DNA from: Paraspadella gotoi
Lineage: Eukaryota; Animalia; Chaetognatha
DNA: 64,000 nucleotides
Assembly: GCA_051294375.1 (NCBI GenBank)
Contig: CM119266.1
Location: forward strand, 12,005,180-12,069,179
Direction of reading: 5' to 3'
Shown: piece after piece, positions 13,405 to 25,400 of the stretch
Layout of the letters: each line of letters opens with the position of its first letter
Position numbering within the stretch: position 1 is the stretch's first letter
Made by a program: the position numbers and the translations under genes
The notes under the pieces: generated by a model
The model's database searches: none
What the model was told of the DNA's origin: nothing
What the model saw: only the letters and a program-made list of their open reading frames with translations

Positions 13405-16090
13405 TGGGCTTTTTACTTATTTTCACTATTTTCTCTATTTTCCCGTTTTTTTTTTTCTTCTTTCCCAAAGTCTCATTCCGGCTCTCATTCCTTTTGATTT
13501 TTTTCTCTCTTTCTGTTTTTTTTTCCTGTTCTCTGTTTTCTTCCCGATGATGTTTCTCAATAGATTCTCGAGCCTTAACCTCCCTCGGCCCCCACCCATT
13601 CACAAAGCTTGGAATTGTTTCCGTCCCAGGGATTTGGTTTTTTTTCCCTTTTGTTTATTTACGAAAAACACAAAAATATACATTTATATTTCGGTTCGAA
13701 TGACGCACGAAAAGTGACGCTAAACGCTCGAAAAATCTTAAGGAGCGACACGAAGCCGTGCGACGTTTATTTCCGCTCAACACATAAACATAAACAAATC
13801 AAAAGGGGATATTTTTTTGGTTCTTTTCTTTTCAGTTCGGTTTCGCTGAAAAAAAACAAAACATTTGTGGACTTTCGTTACGTGAAAGAGAGGAGTATCT
13901 TCCTCCAAGCTCGATGCCCCCGGCCTCTCTTTTCTTGTCTCTCTGTTTCTGAGCGATGGATCGTTGACGATCATTCATTTTCCGCTTCGTTGCTTTTGAA
14001 GATTAAAAGAAATAATTTCTTCTTTACTTTTCTGCTTATTTTTTTACTCGGCAATTTTGAAAGCGTCTTGAAAAAAATAATATCTTTTTTTTTGGGGGGG
14101 GGAGAAATATTTCAATTTTGAGCGAAGGAAATGTGCGTTCCCTGGACTTTTCATCAATTCCATTTCCATATTTCATATTTCTTTTCATTTTTTTTTTTAC
14201 GTTTATTGTTAGTGTTTCAAACTATAGTACGCGCCTTTTTAATATACCCGTCATTTTCCTCAGTTTGCTGTTTGCATGTGTTTTTAAGTGCGCGCGCGAG
14301 TGTGATCTTTCTTTTCACGCTTTTCAAAACCGCAAAGATATTTTTTTAATGAAAATTTTTTTCAACTCGTTTAGTATCTAGATCCAAAGGCGTAAAAAAA
14401 AACTGATCTTTTCGTCTTCAAAATTTGTTTTTATTCTTTTCTGAATTAAATAATTTCTTTTATTTTTTTCTCACACGTCCTCTCATTTCGGATTCTCTAT
14501 TCTCTTTCTGTTTTTACGCTCATTTTTTCGATCTCGTCTTTTGTTTTGAAGCTTTTTTTTCCATGATCCCCCGGAGCGAAAAAATTCATAACCTCGGTTC
14601 GGACGAGCGATTTCTTTTTTTTTTTTCTTAAATGCGTCATTGATGTAAGTTTGCATCTTTTCTATTACAAAGTATCAATAAAATTATAAAATAATGGTTT
14701 CACTTTATTATACTCAAACATTGTTTTCATCCATCGAGGTTAAAATCGCTTCGCAAGCCTTTGAAAAGTAAAAAAAAAAAAAAATTAATTGAATTTTAAT
14801 TTTGCAGCATCGAATAGGAATTTGACTCTTTATGTTTCTTTATTAAACGAAAAGAATCGTAAACGAAAAAATGTTAAAAGCCCTTTTAAAAGAAATAAGC
14901 AAGGATTTCCATACTAAAGCTTATCATTAGTTTTTATTAGTTGTCCTCTTCCGCGAAATTGAATTCATGTCAAACGATAATGACGTTTTAATAATTTTCT
15001 TATTTCTCTACTACGTAAATATAATTCTTTTTGTCGGTGATGTACGACGTTTCGTTAAATCGTAGTGATAGTCTCCATAATTCTGACCTAACAACTGGAA
15101 ATTGGTCCAATAATTTTGAATGGGCCCAACTATGGGGTCATTTTTAAGAGAGGGCGTGATTGAACAGCTTATCGAGTTCTCCAGGTGGGAGGATCGAGAC
15201 TTCACGATTTTCGTGAATCGAGGCTGGAATTCGTCTGAGCCGCTATTCAAAGTGAAAAGTGAATGACCGACCGGAGTCTTCATCGTCGTCGTCGTCATCT
15301 TCTTTTCCTATAATATAGGCTATATAGGCTATATTGACATTGTCTTTGTCGGGATCGTCGTTGTCATCGTCGTTCTAACTAATCTTCGTTTTCGTAGTCG
15401 CCGTTTCATGTTTGGGGGCGATTTTTCCATCCGCGATTTGTGGAAGGAATTAAAAAAAATCATTGTTGCGTAAAAAAAATTCCATGAAGCATCGTCATCG
15501 TCTTCGTTGTCGTCGTCGTCATCGTCTTTGTTGCCCTCGTTTTCGTCCTCCTCGTCTTCTTCTTCTTCTTCGTCGTCGTCGTCCACGCCGCCTTCCATCT
15601 CGTAAAATCATTTGTCAAAAAACAAAAACAAACGTTTTCGAATAAAAGTGAAAGTTGAGAACGAAATTTTACGGAAAATAAACTCGAAAAAAAAAGCGCG
15701 GAGCTTTCGAATTAAAAAAAATTAAAAAAAAAAAATTCTAACCAGGAGGATCGACTTGTTTTTTTTTGTTTCTCTTCTGTTTTTAATTTTGTTTTCTAAG
15801 TTTTTTTTTTTCGAGAAGCGAGCAAGCGAAAAAAAAAGCCCTAAGAATCCGCGGAACCATTAAAAGGCGAATTTTTGTCTCGAAAGGAATGTTTTGGTCC
15901 AGTTTTGAAAAGAGGGAGGACGTTAGTCGCTGTTTCGCCAAAGATTTACTGGTTTGGAGTCGAAATGGCGTCCCTGCCCAATGGAATTGGATTTTAAGAG
16001 CCCAACAAATAAACAACGTTTGTGGCCATTCGGAACGAAAACGAAACTTAACCAAATATCACGTTATGTTGGAAAAAGATTTCTATTTTT

Positions 16091-16258
16091 CTCTCTTTCT
16101 TTCTTTCTTTCTTTCTTTCTTTTCTTTATTTTCTTTCTTTTCTTTCTTTTCTTTCTTTTCTTTCTTTTCTTTCTTTTCTTTCTTTATTTCTTTCTTTCTT
16201 TCTTTCCTTTCTTTTTTTTCTTTATTTCTTTTTTATTTCTTTTCTTTTCTCTTTTCTT
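16091..16258. repeat. (TTTC)n / (TTTTCTTTC)n polypyrimidine repeat
   Basis: Read directly; a similar tract lies at about 18520-18716. Confidence 0.9.
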
Positions 16259-17109
16259 ATCCAAACCTGTCCCAAAAACCATCAAAAATTTATTTTCTCA
16301 GGCATAACGCCTAGATCAAGAAAGGGGGTTCCTATAAAACCGTTTGATGGCCACGCATAATGCTAAAAATCCCGCAACGAACTCGGAACACAACAGTTCT
16401 TGCGCCGGATCGAAGCCACCCAAAGTCACGCCTTTTCTTTGTGATACGGAATAAATTATATTAAGGAATGAAACGGGTAAGATGCTACGTTGTTGTTGTT
16501 GTCGTCCTCTTCTTCCACAAGGTTACATTACTACCTAATTCGGATTAACTTAATTAACCCATTATGGCTCTGCAACGTTGATCGGAGTATCTTTTAAATA
16601 CTGAGCCTCTGACTCATTTCAAGTTTGGATGCAGAAGTTGGAAAATATAAATCAAAAGTTTGGCCGCTTCTCCCCCACCCGACAAAAAAATCTTTCTCGT
16701 TTTCCTGAGCGCATAACCATAAGGAGATGATTTATTTCCGAGTTGGGCCGTTTTTTTTTGTTGTTTTTTTCCCCCGATGCGTATTTTTATTTTTTAATTA
16801 TTATTTCCCCTTAATCGTAACAAATTCAGGAAAGATTGAGGAGTGGATGAGGAGAAAGATATAAAAAAATGGAGTTGGTGTTTACGTCTTGGCATATAAC
16901 TGCCATAATCTAAATAACGCTATACTTTATCGTAAAACTAGAAAGAGAAAAATTTACTAAAATTAAAAAGTGTATTGAAAACAAACATCTAAAGAACATA
17001 AACATACGAACTTTTCGTTCAAAGCTGCAGTCAAAAAAAAAAAATTGCCTGAGAGTGAATGACCCCCGGGGAACGCGAAAGTAATACAATCCAGCGAAGA
17101 TAATGGCCG

Positions 17110-17144
<35 letters not shown>

Positions 17145-18562
17145 ACATTGGTTAATAACTCGAAAGATGATTGACGAACTCGATTGCTTTTTTTTTCACT
17201 CCGATCCGCGAGGGAGACGACGACGTCGCGTCGCAATAACTTATTCTTTCTTTCCCGTCGTAATCTTCGATTTTTTGAAATCGTTCACATCTGTCAGATC
17301 ACCCGATACTACAGGGTTCACTTTTTTTTTTAAATCCTCCTCAGAAAATTTGCATCAATTATCGCGCAGCGTCGGATCGCGATTCAATTATTCTTTCTTT
17401 CTTTTTTTTTCATCATCGCTTCAACTCGAATCGACTCGATTGTAAAATTCCTTTCCTATTTTTTTTTTAGTTTTGTTTTTAATTTTTTTTTTAATACAAA
17501 AATTAAGTTTTTCGCGCGTTACGCTAAAAATCGATGACCCGACGGCGACGCTAACGGCTTCCAGATCCGACGCTTTTCCGCGATTTCCTCTGTTTTTCTT
17601 CTTTGTTTTATTTTGTTGTTTTTTTATTTCTAACCCCGAAACAGAGAACAGAGAGTCTTTTGTTGAATCAATCAATTTTTTTTTCCAAAATATTTTTCTT
17701 TCTCGAAAAATACATACGTACCATTCTCGGAGATTTATTTTTAGAAAAAATAAATATAAATATCAGAAAATTGAATGGAGAAGGGGGGGCGTTGGAATTC
17801 CTTATTTAGGTTTTTTGATTGAAAAGATGAGGGTATTTTTCATAACCTAAGGGTTTTTTTTTTGGAACAAAGAATATTTAAATTTTCTAAGCGATAGGCC
17901 CATCGGAAGGGGGACAGATGCTTTCTAAAAAGTTCTCTTCAATCAAAAGCAAGGAAATGTTGGAGTCATTAAGTCCATTGTAAAATGTCGTCATTCAAAG
18001 ATTAAAAACGGAATGTCACGAAAAACTGTCGCGCATGCAATGAATTTGAAATGACAATGTTTTGAGATTCTAGCTCAAGACCCGGCTCAAAATAGATTAA
18101 AAGCTCATGCTCTATTATTCACGGTGAATATATTATATCTTCAATGAATTAAAGAATGAATCCTGATTTGGAAACGAAACCCCCCAGCGATGAACTTCGA
18201 CTCTGCAGCCAGAATGTCGGAAGCAGATCTTTTTTTTTTTTTTTTTACGCGTGAGAATAACAAGGATCCTCTCGCGGCCGGATCTCCGCGCCATCTCTGT
18301 AAACTATGCGAAGAATATACGAGAGATATCGATTCGTTTCAACGTAAACAATCCAACTCATTCATAGCTTCTTTTCGAAATTATTGAATGTGACAGAGCA
18401 AACAAAACAATTTTTTTTTATTCGAGAAAATAAATTTTCTCGTTCTGTCTTTCTTCATCTACTTCTTTTTTTTTCTATTAATGTATTTACCATCGAGGTT
18501 TTTCTTTTTATTCCTCTCTATCCTTTTCTCTCTCTTGCTTTTTCGCTTTTTCTTCTCTATCT

Positions 18563-18610
<48 letters not shown>

Positions 18611-19444
18611 TTTTCATTCCCTCCTTTTTCTTTTTTCTTTCCTTTCTTTCTTTCTATCTTTCTTTTTTTCTTTTCTCTTTCTTTCTTTCCTTACTTTCTA
18701 TCTTTCTTTCCTCTCTCCCACTCCCTCTCATTCTCGAAAACGAATCTTAACCCAATCGAATTTTCGTTCCATTTTTTCTTGTTTATCTCACTCGGGAATC
18801 GAGAGGCAGTGAACGAAATTTCGTCCTAAATGATTTTTATCATTTCACTTTTCTCTCCTTTACTTTTTCTTCGTTTCATTTTATATAATTTTGCTTTAGT
18901 TCCCCCCTGCATTTAATTTTATCATAACTTAAATCATATTTCGTTTTTATTTTCTCTCTTCCTTCATTTTCAGTCGTTGGCCTTCATCGTCGACATCGTC
19001 GTAGTCAACTCGCCCTCAACGTCGTCGTCATCGTGGTCGTCCTCGTCGTCGTCGCCAGTGAGAAATATGTTTCTTCTCTCGACGAAAGTGGTTCACCTCG
19101 ACGACGCGGGGCGGCGCTGAGACGTCGAGACGAGATAAGCGGACCCCTGGCGCCGCGCGGACCCCTGGCGATCGAAACGCGGTTCAATGCAGAAAACGCG
19201 ATCGAAATTTTTGAAAAACGAAAACAAAAGTGAAAAGATCAAACAGAGGAGTAAATGAGAAAGAAAAAAAAACCAGATCAAAAATTACGAAAAAGAAACT
19301 TTTTGGACTTTGATATAAACTCAAAAGCTGGGAAATGTTTTCAGCGAGAAACTGGGATTCCATGACACGTTTTTAATTTTTATAGCGTTAAACAAAATTT
19401 CAAAGATATCTTGAAATAAAAAAAAATAAAAAAAATAAAAACAA

Positions 19445-22400
19445 ATGACTTATTCGGATTCAAAGATGAAGATCGATTCCACCCAACACTCAGTCGACGT
19501 CGACGCCACAAAACTCGATCGAGATCGACGAAAATTCCCGACTCCTTCGCGCCGACGGCGTCCATCCTTCCAACCCTCCGCACAAATCCTCCAACACCCT
19601 GGACGATCCGCTCGACCATCCTTCCTTTCCTGTCCCTCGCGTCGCCTCGGACAATCCCTTCAGATCCCCTCCCCCTCCCTCCGACAGTTCCTCGACCAAC
19701 TTAGAAACTCTCGACGGCTTCGAGTCGAATCCCAGCGACGCCAATGGCCCCACCTCGCGCTTAAAGACGCTCGTCAAACTTTCCTCGCGGCTCCCTCGCG
19801 TCCTCGCGGAGCTCCGACGCTACGTCGCCTGCTGTGGCTTTCGTTGGCGCTCGTGACGCTCGTCGGAAGCGGCGCCGGCGAGAGCATTTCGGAGCCGTTT
19901 TCGGAGGCTGCGGAATCGAGCGGTAAGATCGTCGTCTTCGTCTTTTATTTATTCTTCGTTATCGTCTTTCTCTTAATTCTCTTTCGACATAATCTTAAAA
20001 ATTTGGTTACCCTCTAATCAAATTTTTGTTCTGTTGAGTCTTCTGTTCGAATTTGTTTTCTCGTTCGTTGGAGCGAAAATGTTTTGCTTTTTAATCCGTC
20101 CCTTGTTTTTTTAAGGAACGTAAATATTAACGGGCTGCCTCCCTCGCTTTAGCCAATTTTAAAATCGAGCGGAGTATGATGATTTTTTGACATATCCAAT
20201 ATTCTTAGGCACGTTTTTTGACGTTTAGGTTTTTTTTTAGAAAGGTTAGAAGAGATAATACCTGCATTTTAGTGCATTTAGATTTTCCTTGATTAAGAAT
20301 GTAATTTTAAATTTGTCATCATAGTACCTTAATTTTTCGATCGTCGATCCTGACACTCCCCAATCTTAGCACCACATAAGTTTGTCCACTAAGCTACGAC
20401 GGCTGCAATAGAGACTCCATCTGCCGTCGGAGGATTATTTACTCCTTTGCACAACTATTGTTTCTTTTGACGGAAGAGGCGGAAGCGAAATAAAAGAAGC
20501 TTAAAAACTGGGTCAGATTCGCCCGAGGAGGCGAGAGAGGAAAGGGGGTAAGGAATTTTGGCGATGGAGGGTAAGTAGGGTTTTTGGGAGGCTGAGAAAG
20601 TTTCTTCTGGCAAAATGGTTTATATCCTTGTGGACGGAATGTATCGAGATTAGGTGATGGAGAATGTAAATAAAAACGTTTGAGGGGTGATATAACGAGG
20701 CTTTTGTCTTTAAATTTACATAAATGCTTATATACGCGTTGTAACGGTTCTTATGGTTGTTTATTGTCACTTTTTTGAGAATTACAAATAAAATAAAAAA
20801 CGTATAATAGAGATATTCAATATTTTGGCGCGAAAACGAAAATATTTTCAAGTTAGAAGGGAAGGAAAACACTACTTCGAAGACAAACGATATTCTTCGA
20901 AAGTGAAATTTTGTTTTTAAACTTGTGATAGTTGAAGCGTCAAGGAAATCGTCGGGGGCGATAGGCTTATTTTTTGACGACCCGATTGGCGCGAAATCGA
21001 GACTCCCGTGCCAAAGAAGGAAAGGCGAATTTCTTGGCCAGATTATCGGCGGCCAAAATCACTTGGAAGGTCTCGTCCTATCTTAGATCTTCCCTTTTCG
21101 AAAGAAGAATTTTTCGTTAAACAAAGCCCTCAATCCAACGGCTATGCTGAAGTTTTAATTCTATCTTTAATGCTAAAACAGTAATAATAAATAATAAATC
21201 ACTTAAAATTAAATGGCCATATCTATTATCTAACTCGTTGAATTTGCTTGAAACGAAATTTGATTAATAAGTCTGATTTATGCAAAATTTAACAATTTAT
21301 TCGTTGCAACAAGAAAAAACATAAAATATCACGATATACCATTTAGGGGAGATCAATTGTAAATTTTCCCAATATATATTTCATCCTTGTTCGCAAGGAG
21401 ATGGTAATTTTGTCTCCACTTTCACGCGCGAAGAAAAAATAATGACTATCACCATTCAAATTCCTTTAGTGATAGACCCTTAAGCTTATGATATCATTTT
21501 TATCACTGGGTCCCCTTAATCTAACGCAGGAACCCGAAACCGCGAGATTGAGAATCGAAGAAAAAAAGAAGAAGAAAAAAAAAAAGAAGAAGAAAAAAAA
21601 AACTTAGACATTCCACACTTGGTCGTCAATTTATTTATTCCTTGATTCAACATTTTTTTAACCTTGCTTCTTCATTTTCTTTCTGTCTGTCTCGTTCTTT
21701 TTCTTCGTTTTTATCTTTCTCTCTCTATGCACGACATTTGGGACCTTTTTAATACTTCCAGCCTCGGAGAGATATGTGTAGATAGGTGGTTGCTTACGGC
21801 CCAAAATATGTCGATTATGACTAAATTGTAATGAGTTTGGATTGCGTAGTATTTCTTCTTTATAATTTTAATTATGAAAAAAAAAGGAGGCTATAAGTAT
21901 AACAAAGGGGCTACAAAAGCGGGCTTTTACTAGTACTACTAGTGAAAACAGAACGGAGAGAAAGATATAAAATGAAAAAAGAAGAATCGTTGAAAAATTT
22001 GGTTTTACGAAAAAAAAAAATCAACGGTCGACTTCAATAAAAATTCTTGGCCTAAAACCCTAAGAAAATAAAGAAAAAGTTTAAAAAGAGAAAAAAGCCG
22101 CGGAATGCGGCGCGAATGATTGGACGTCGAACAATCAAACTAATACGGAAAAATATGTAACCCAATTATATAATATTAATTTTTGACCAACTCTAATCTA
22201 TATATCTCATAGTCAGGGTTGTCTCAATACTTTGAGACTAACCGTTTTCAATAGCATAAATGTCCTGTTAACAACCAATTTGCTCGAGGAAAAAACTACT
22301 GAAAGGAGTAGTAATCAACGGATTCTCGACAGTATTTTTAAAAAATAAGTAAATTAAAGAAAAATAAAAAATACACGAGACAAAACTTAGTCCTTTGCAA

Positions 22401-25400
22401 ATGTACCTACTAGCTATATACTGTTAAAATATTTTATTTTTACTTCCGTTCTTGACGCTGAAAATAGATATATATAATTAATAGATAATGTTTAATGTTT
22501 TTCCCTATAAACCAAGGTATAAACTATGTTAAAAATATCTTAAATCAACGCCCTCAAATAAACCTTTCAGCTAGCGAAGTAAAAAAATACTTTAAATATT
22601 GTTTCGGGTTGAAACATCTGTTAGTCTAAAATTTTCAACTAACTCTTTTCTCATCTTGGATTTCTTATCCAAAAAAAAAAAATATTAAGGTTGAATATAG
22701 ATGGCGCGGCGACGAATTTAAGAAGATCTTTTGTTTTTCCAAGGATGTATAAAAATTTACCTAGAGTTTGACTATTTTTCTTGAGGTTTTTAAAATTCCG
22801 AATTTTTAACCGTCTCAGGAAAACGAGAGAGAAAAAAAATACTGTTTTCAAAAGTCGATAGAAAAAAGGGGAGAAAAAAATGGGGGGGACGGGGGACTGG
22901 GAGGAAGGGGGAAAAAATGAAAACGTGAAAGAGTAAATGCCTCGAGTCAAATTCTCCAAACGGGGGAACTCGCACGTCATCCTCGCCCTTTCCGTGTGTG
23001 AGAATATTTGAAAAAAGTGGTTTTCTTTAACTTTTAATCGTTTCATGTATGTTTTAAAGTTTTTACGTTTGAATCTAATTTTATAAATTTTTTGTGATTG
23101 TGGTCTTAGTGATTGCTTACATTAAAGCGCCACTCAGACACCAAATAAAAAGGAAAAACGGTGATAGAGCAACTCAGAAGTGATTTAAAGCGACCTAGTT
23201 TTATTAAAAACAAAAAAAAGCGTAAAAGATAGAAAGGTTCGAGAGTAGAAAAGTCATGTCGAAAGAACAAAAAGAGTTTCCTTTGCCAAAACAAACGCGA
23301 AACCGTGAAAAGAGACCAGAGTTAATTCTCGTCATTATTACGTCGGCGCCACCGCCGAAGCCCTCGAGGACGGTGTCCGGCTATGTGTTATCAACAAGTG
23401 AAATAGGAGAATAATGGCGTCTGTTCTTAGGCTTGAGGAATAATTTATATAAATATTCAGATTTACTAATTATTTTTTTTAAATGTTCTACGATTTTTCT
23501 TTTTGAAATATTTTAAACGTCTTGAAATTAAACTTTTATATCGTCAATAATCATTAATAAATAAAACGAAAAATTCATACTTTTATTTTCAATTTCTTTA
23601 TTTCTTACAGCTCTGACCCTTCAACGAAAGACTCGGTCGTCGGACGAAAACAGCAAAGACGATTTCTCCTGGACTTTGAAACGAACCCCCTCCAACGCTG
23701 TCCCTCCAATCGCCGCTGACCAATCACAACCGGAGATCCCCCGGCTCGCCCAATCACCTTCGAGAGCGAGGCGCGGTTTGCACCGAAACACTCGACTGAT
23801 GTCGCCGATGCGAACGTCTCCCTTCGGATTTCCGCGACGAAAAGAGGGAAAGACGGTGACGGACTTTTTGGTCAACAAGAAGCTGCAGCTGGAAAAGTCG
23901 CCCACGGGTGAGAGACTTAAAGACTTAAAGTTTAAAATTATTCATTAATATTTATAAACACGAAAAAAATCAAACAATTTTAAACCAAAATGAAAATTAT
24001 ATTGTAATAATTGTTGTAGCGTTCTAAATTACAAAAAGAAATGGCAACAAAAGTGCGTTCAAAACATAATATCCGTGCGTTTTTGGTTTTGATGAAAGTC
24101 AGTTTTGATCTCGATTGCTCCTTTGTTCGGCTCCATTGCCTCTTTGGTCCTCTAGTCCTCAGGCAGGCTCCACACCTTCGATCTCTGGTGATTCTTCTTC
24201 TTCGGCGACTTCCTCTGGAGCCTCATCTTCTTCAACTGGTTCCTCTACATCTTCCGTTGCGATTTCCTCTGTATCGACTTCTGAAGCGACATCCTCCGTA
24301 GATGCCCCCCGAAGGCCATCGCAATAATCGTCCTTTCCATGGGCAGTCCATGGCGTGAATTGGGCCTCTTCATCTTTAAAGTTGAAATAAGAATAAACTG
24401 TATTGTGAGCACCATCGACCTCTCCAAATCTCTAAACTTTGTTCTTAATTTCCATAACATTTTTTCAAAATTTTTAGCGTCAATCGTCTTCAACTCACCG
24501 TCCGTTATTATCATTTCTCCGTTTTCATGAACGCAAAAGCACCCAGTTCCAACACACTAAAAAAGAAAAGAAAATCTTTTTTATTTCTAAAAATAAACCT
24601 GCTATATATTATAAATACTGCCGCTTACTTTATACGATTTGTAGTGACCGCCCTCCAGCTCGCAACGAAACGATAAGCCGACCATGCCCGTGCGCTGAAA
24701 CTTTTCCTAATGGTAAAATAGCAAACAAATAATGTTTATTAACTAAGAAAATGTGTTAAAATACACATAACCGTGGCATTTTTTGGGTCGCAATATTCAG
24801 TATTATTCGTTGATATAGACTAATATTAAACGTACAATCAAAATTCGAATCAATTGCGATCAACGCCATTTTACCATTTCTCTGGCGCAAAGGCATCTAT
24901 TTTCGTCTTGCTGGTTTCTGTTGAACTTGTACTCCTCGATTTTTTCGCCGGCGCAGTTGGTGCAATAACATTCGCTTCCGCTGCACTGATACAGGTCATA
25001 GTGACCCTCGTCGTTGCATCTGAAATTAAAGGAGTTTGTTTGCAAACGACTGAATGCATCAAAAAGGAAAAAAAATAGAAATCGCGGGTTATATTCGCCT
25101 GGTTATAATTAAGACTAAGCCAGAAAAGTCACTGTTAAAAAAACCGGCACCAACGTCCTTAACGCTCTGCGTACTTCACCTGGGAAGCTCCTCTCCCAAA
25201 AGAAGATCCCGCGACTCCATCTCTTCTTTCTTTTCTGCGCAAGTTTGATCAAAGACGAACGGCTCGTCGTCGTCCTCGTTTATTGTTAAGCTGCGTGCAA
25301 AATCAGCGAAAGGCATTAAATATAACAATATAGAATAACAATATAACACTTTATAATGAAAGCAATACTACTGTTAAAAATATTTGCGAAAAAGATTGGC

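Noticed and set aside
15011-15645. Acidic D/E-rich and neighbouring ORFs
   Set aside because: They derive from (TCG/TCT)n low-complexity runs; no joinable splice structure or recognisable domain.
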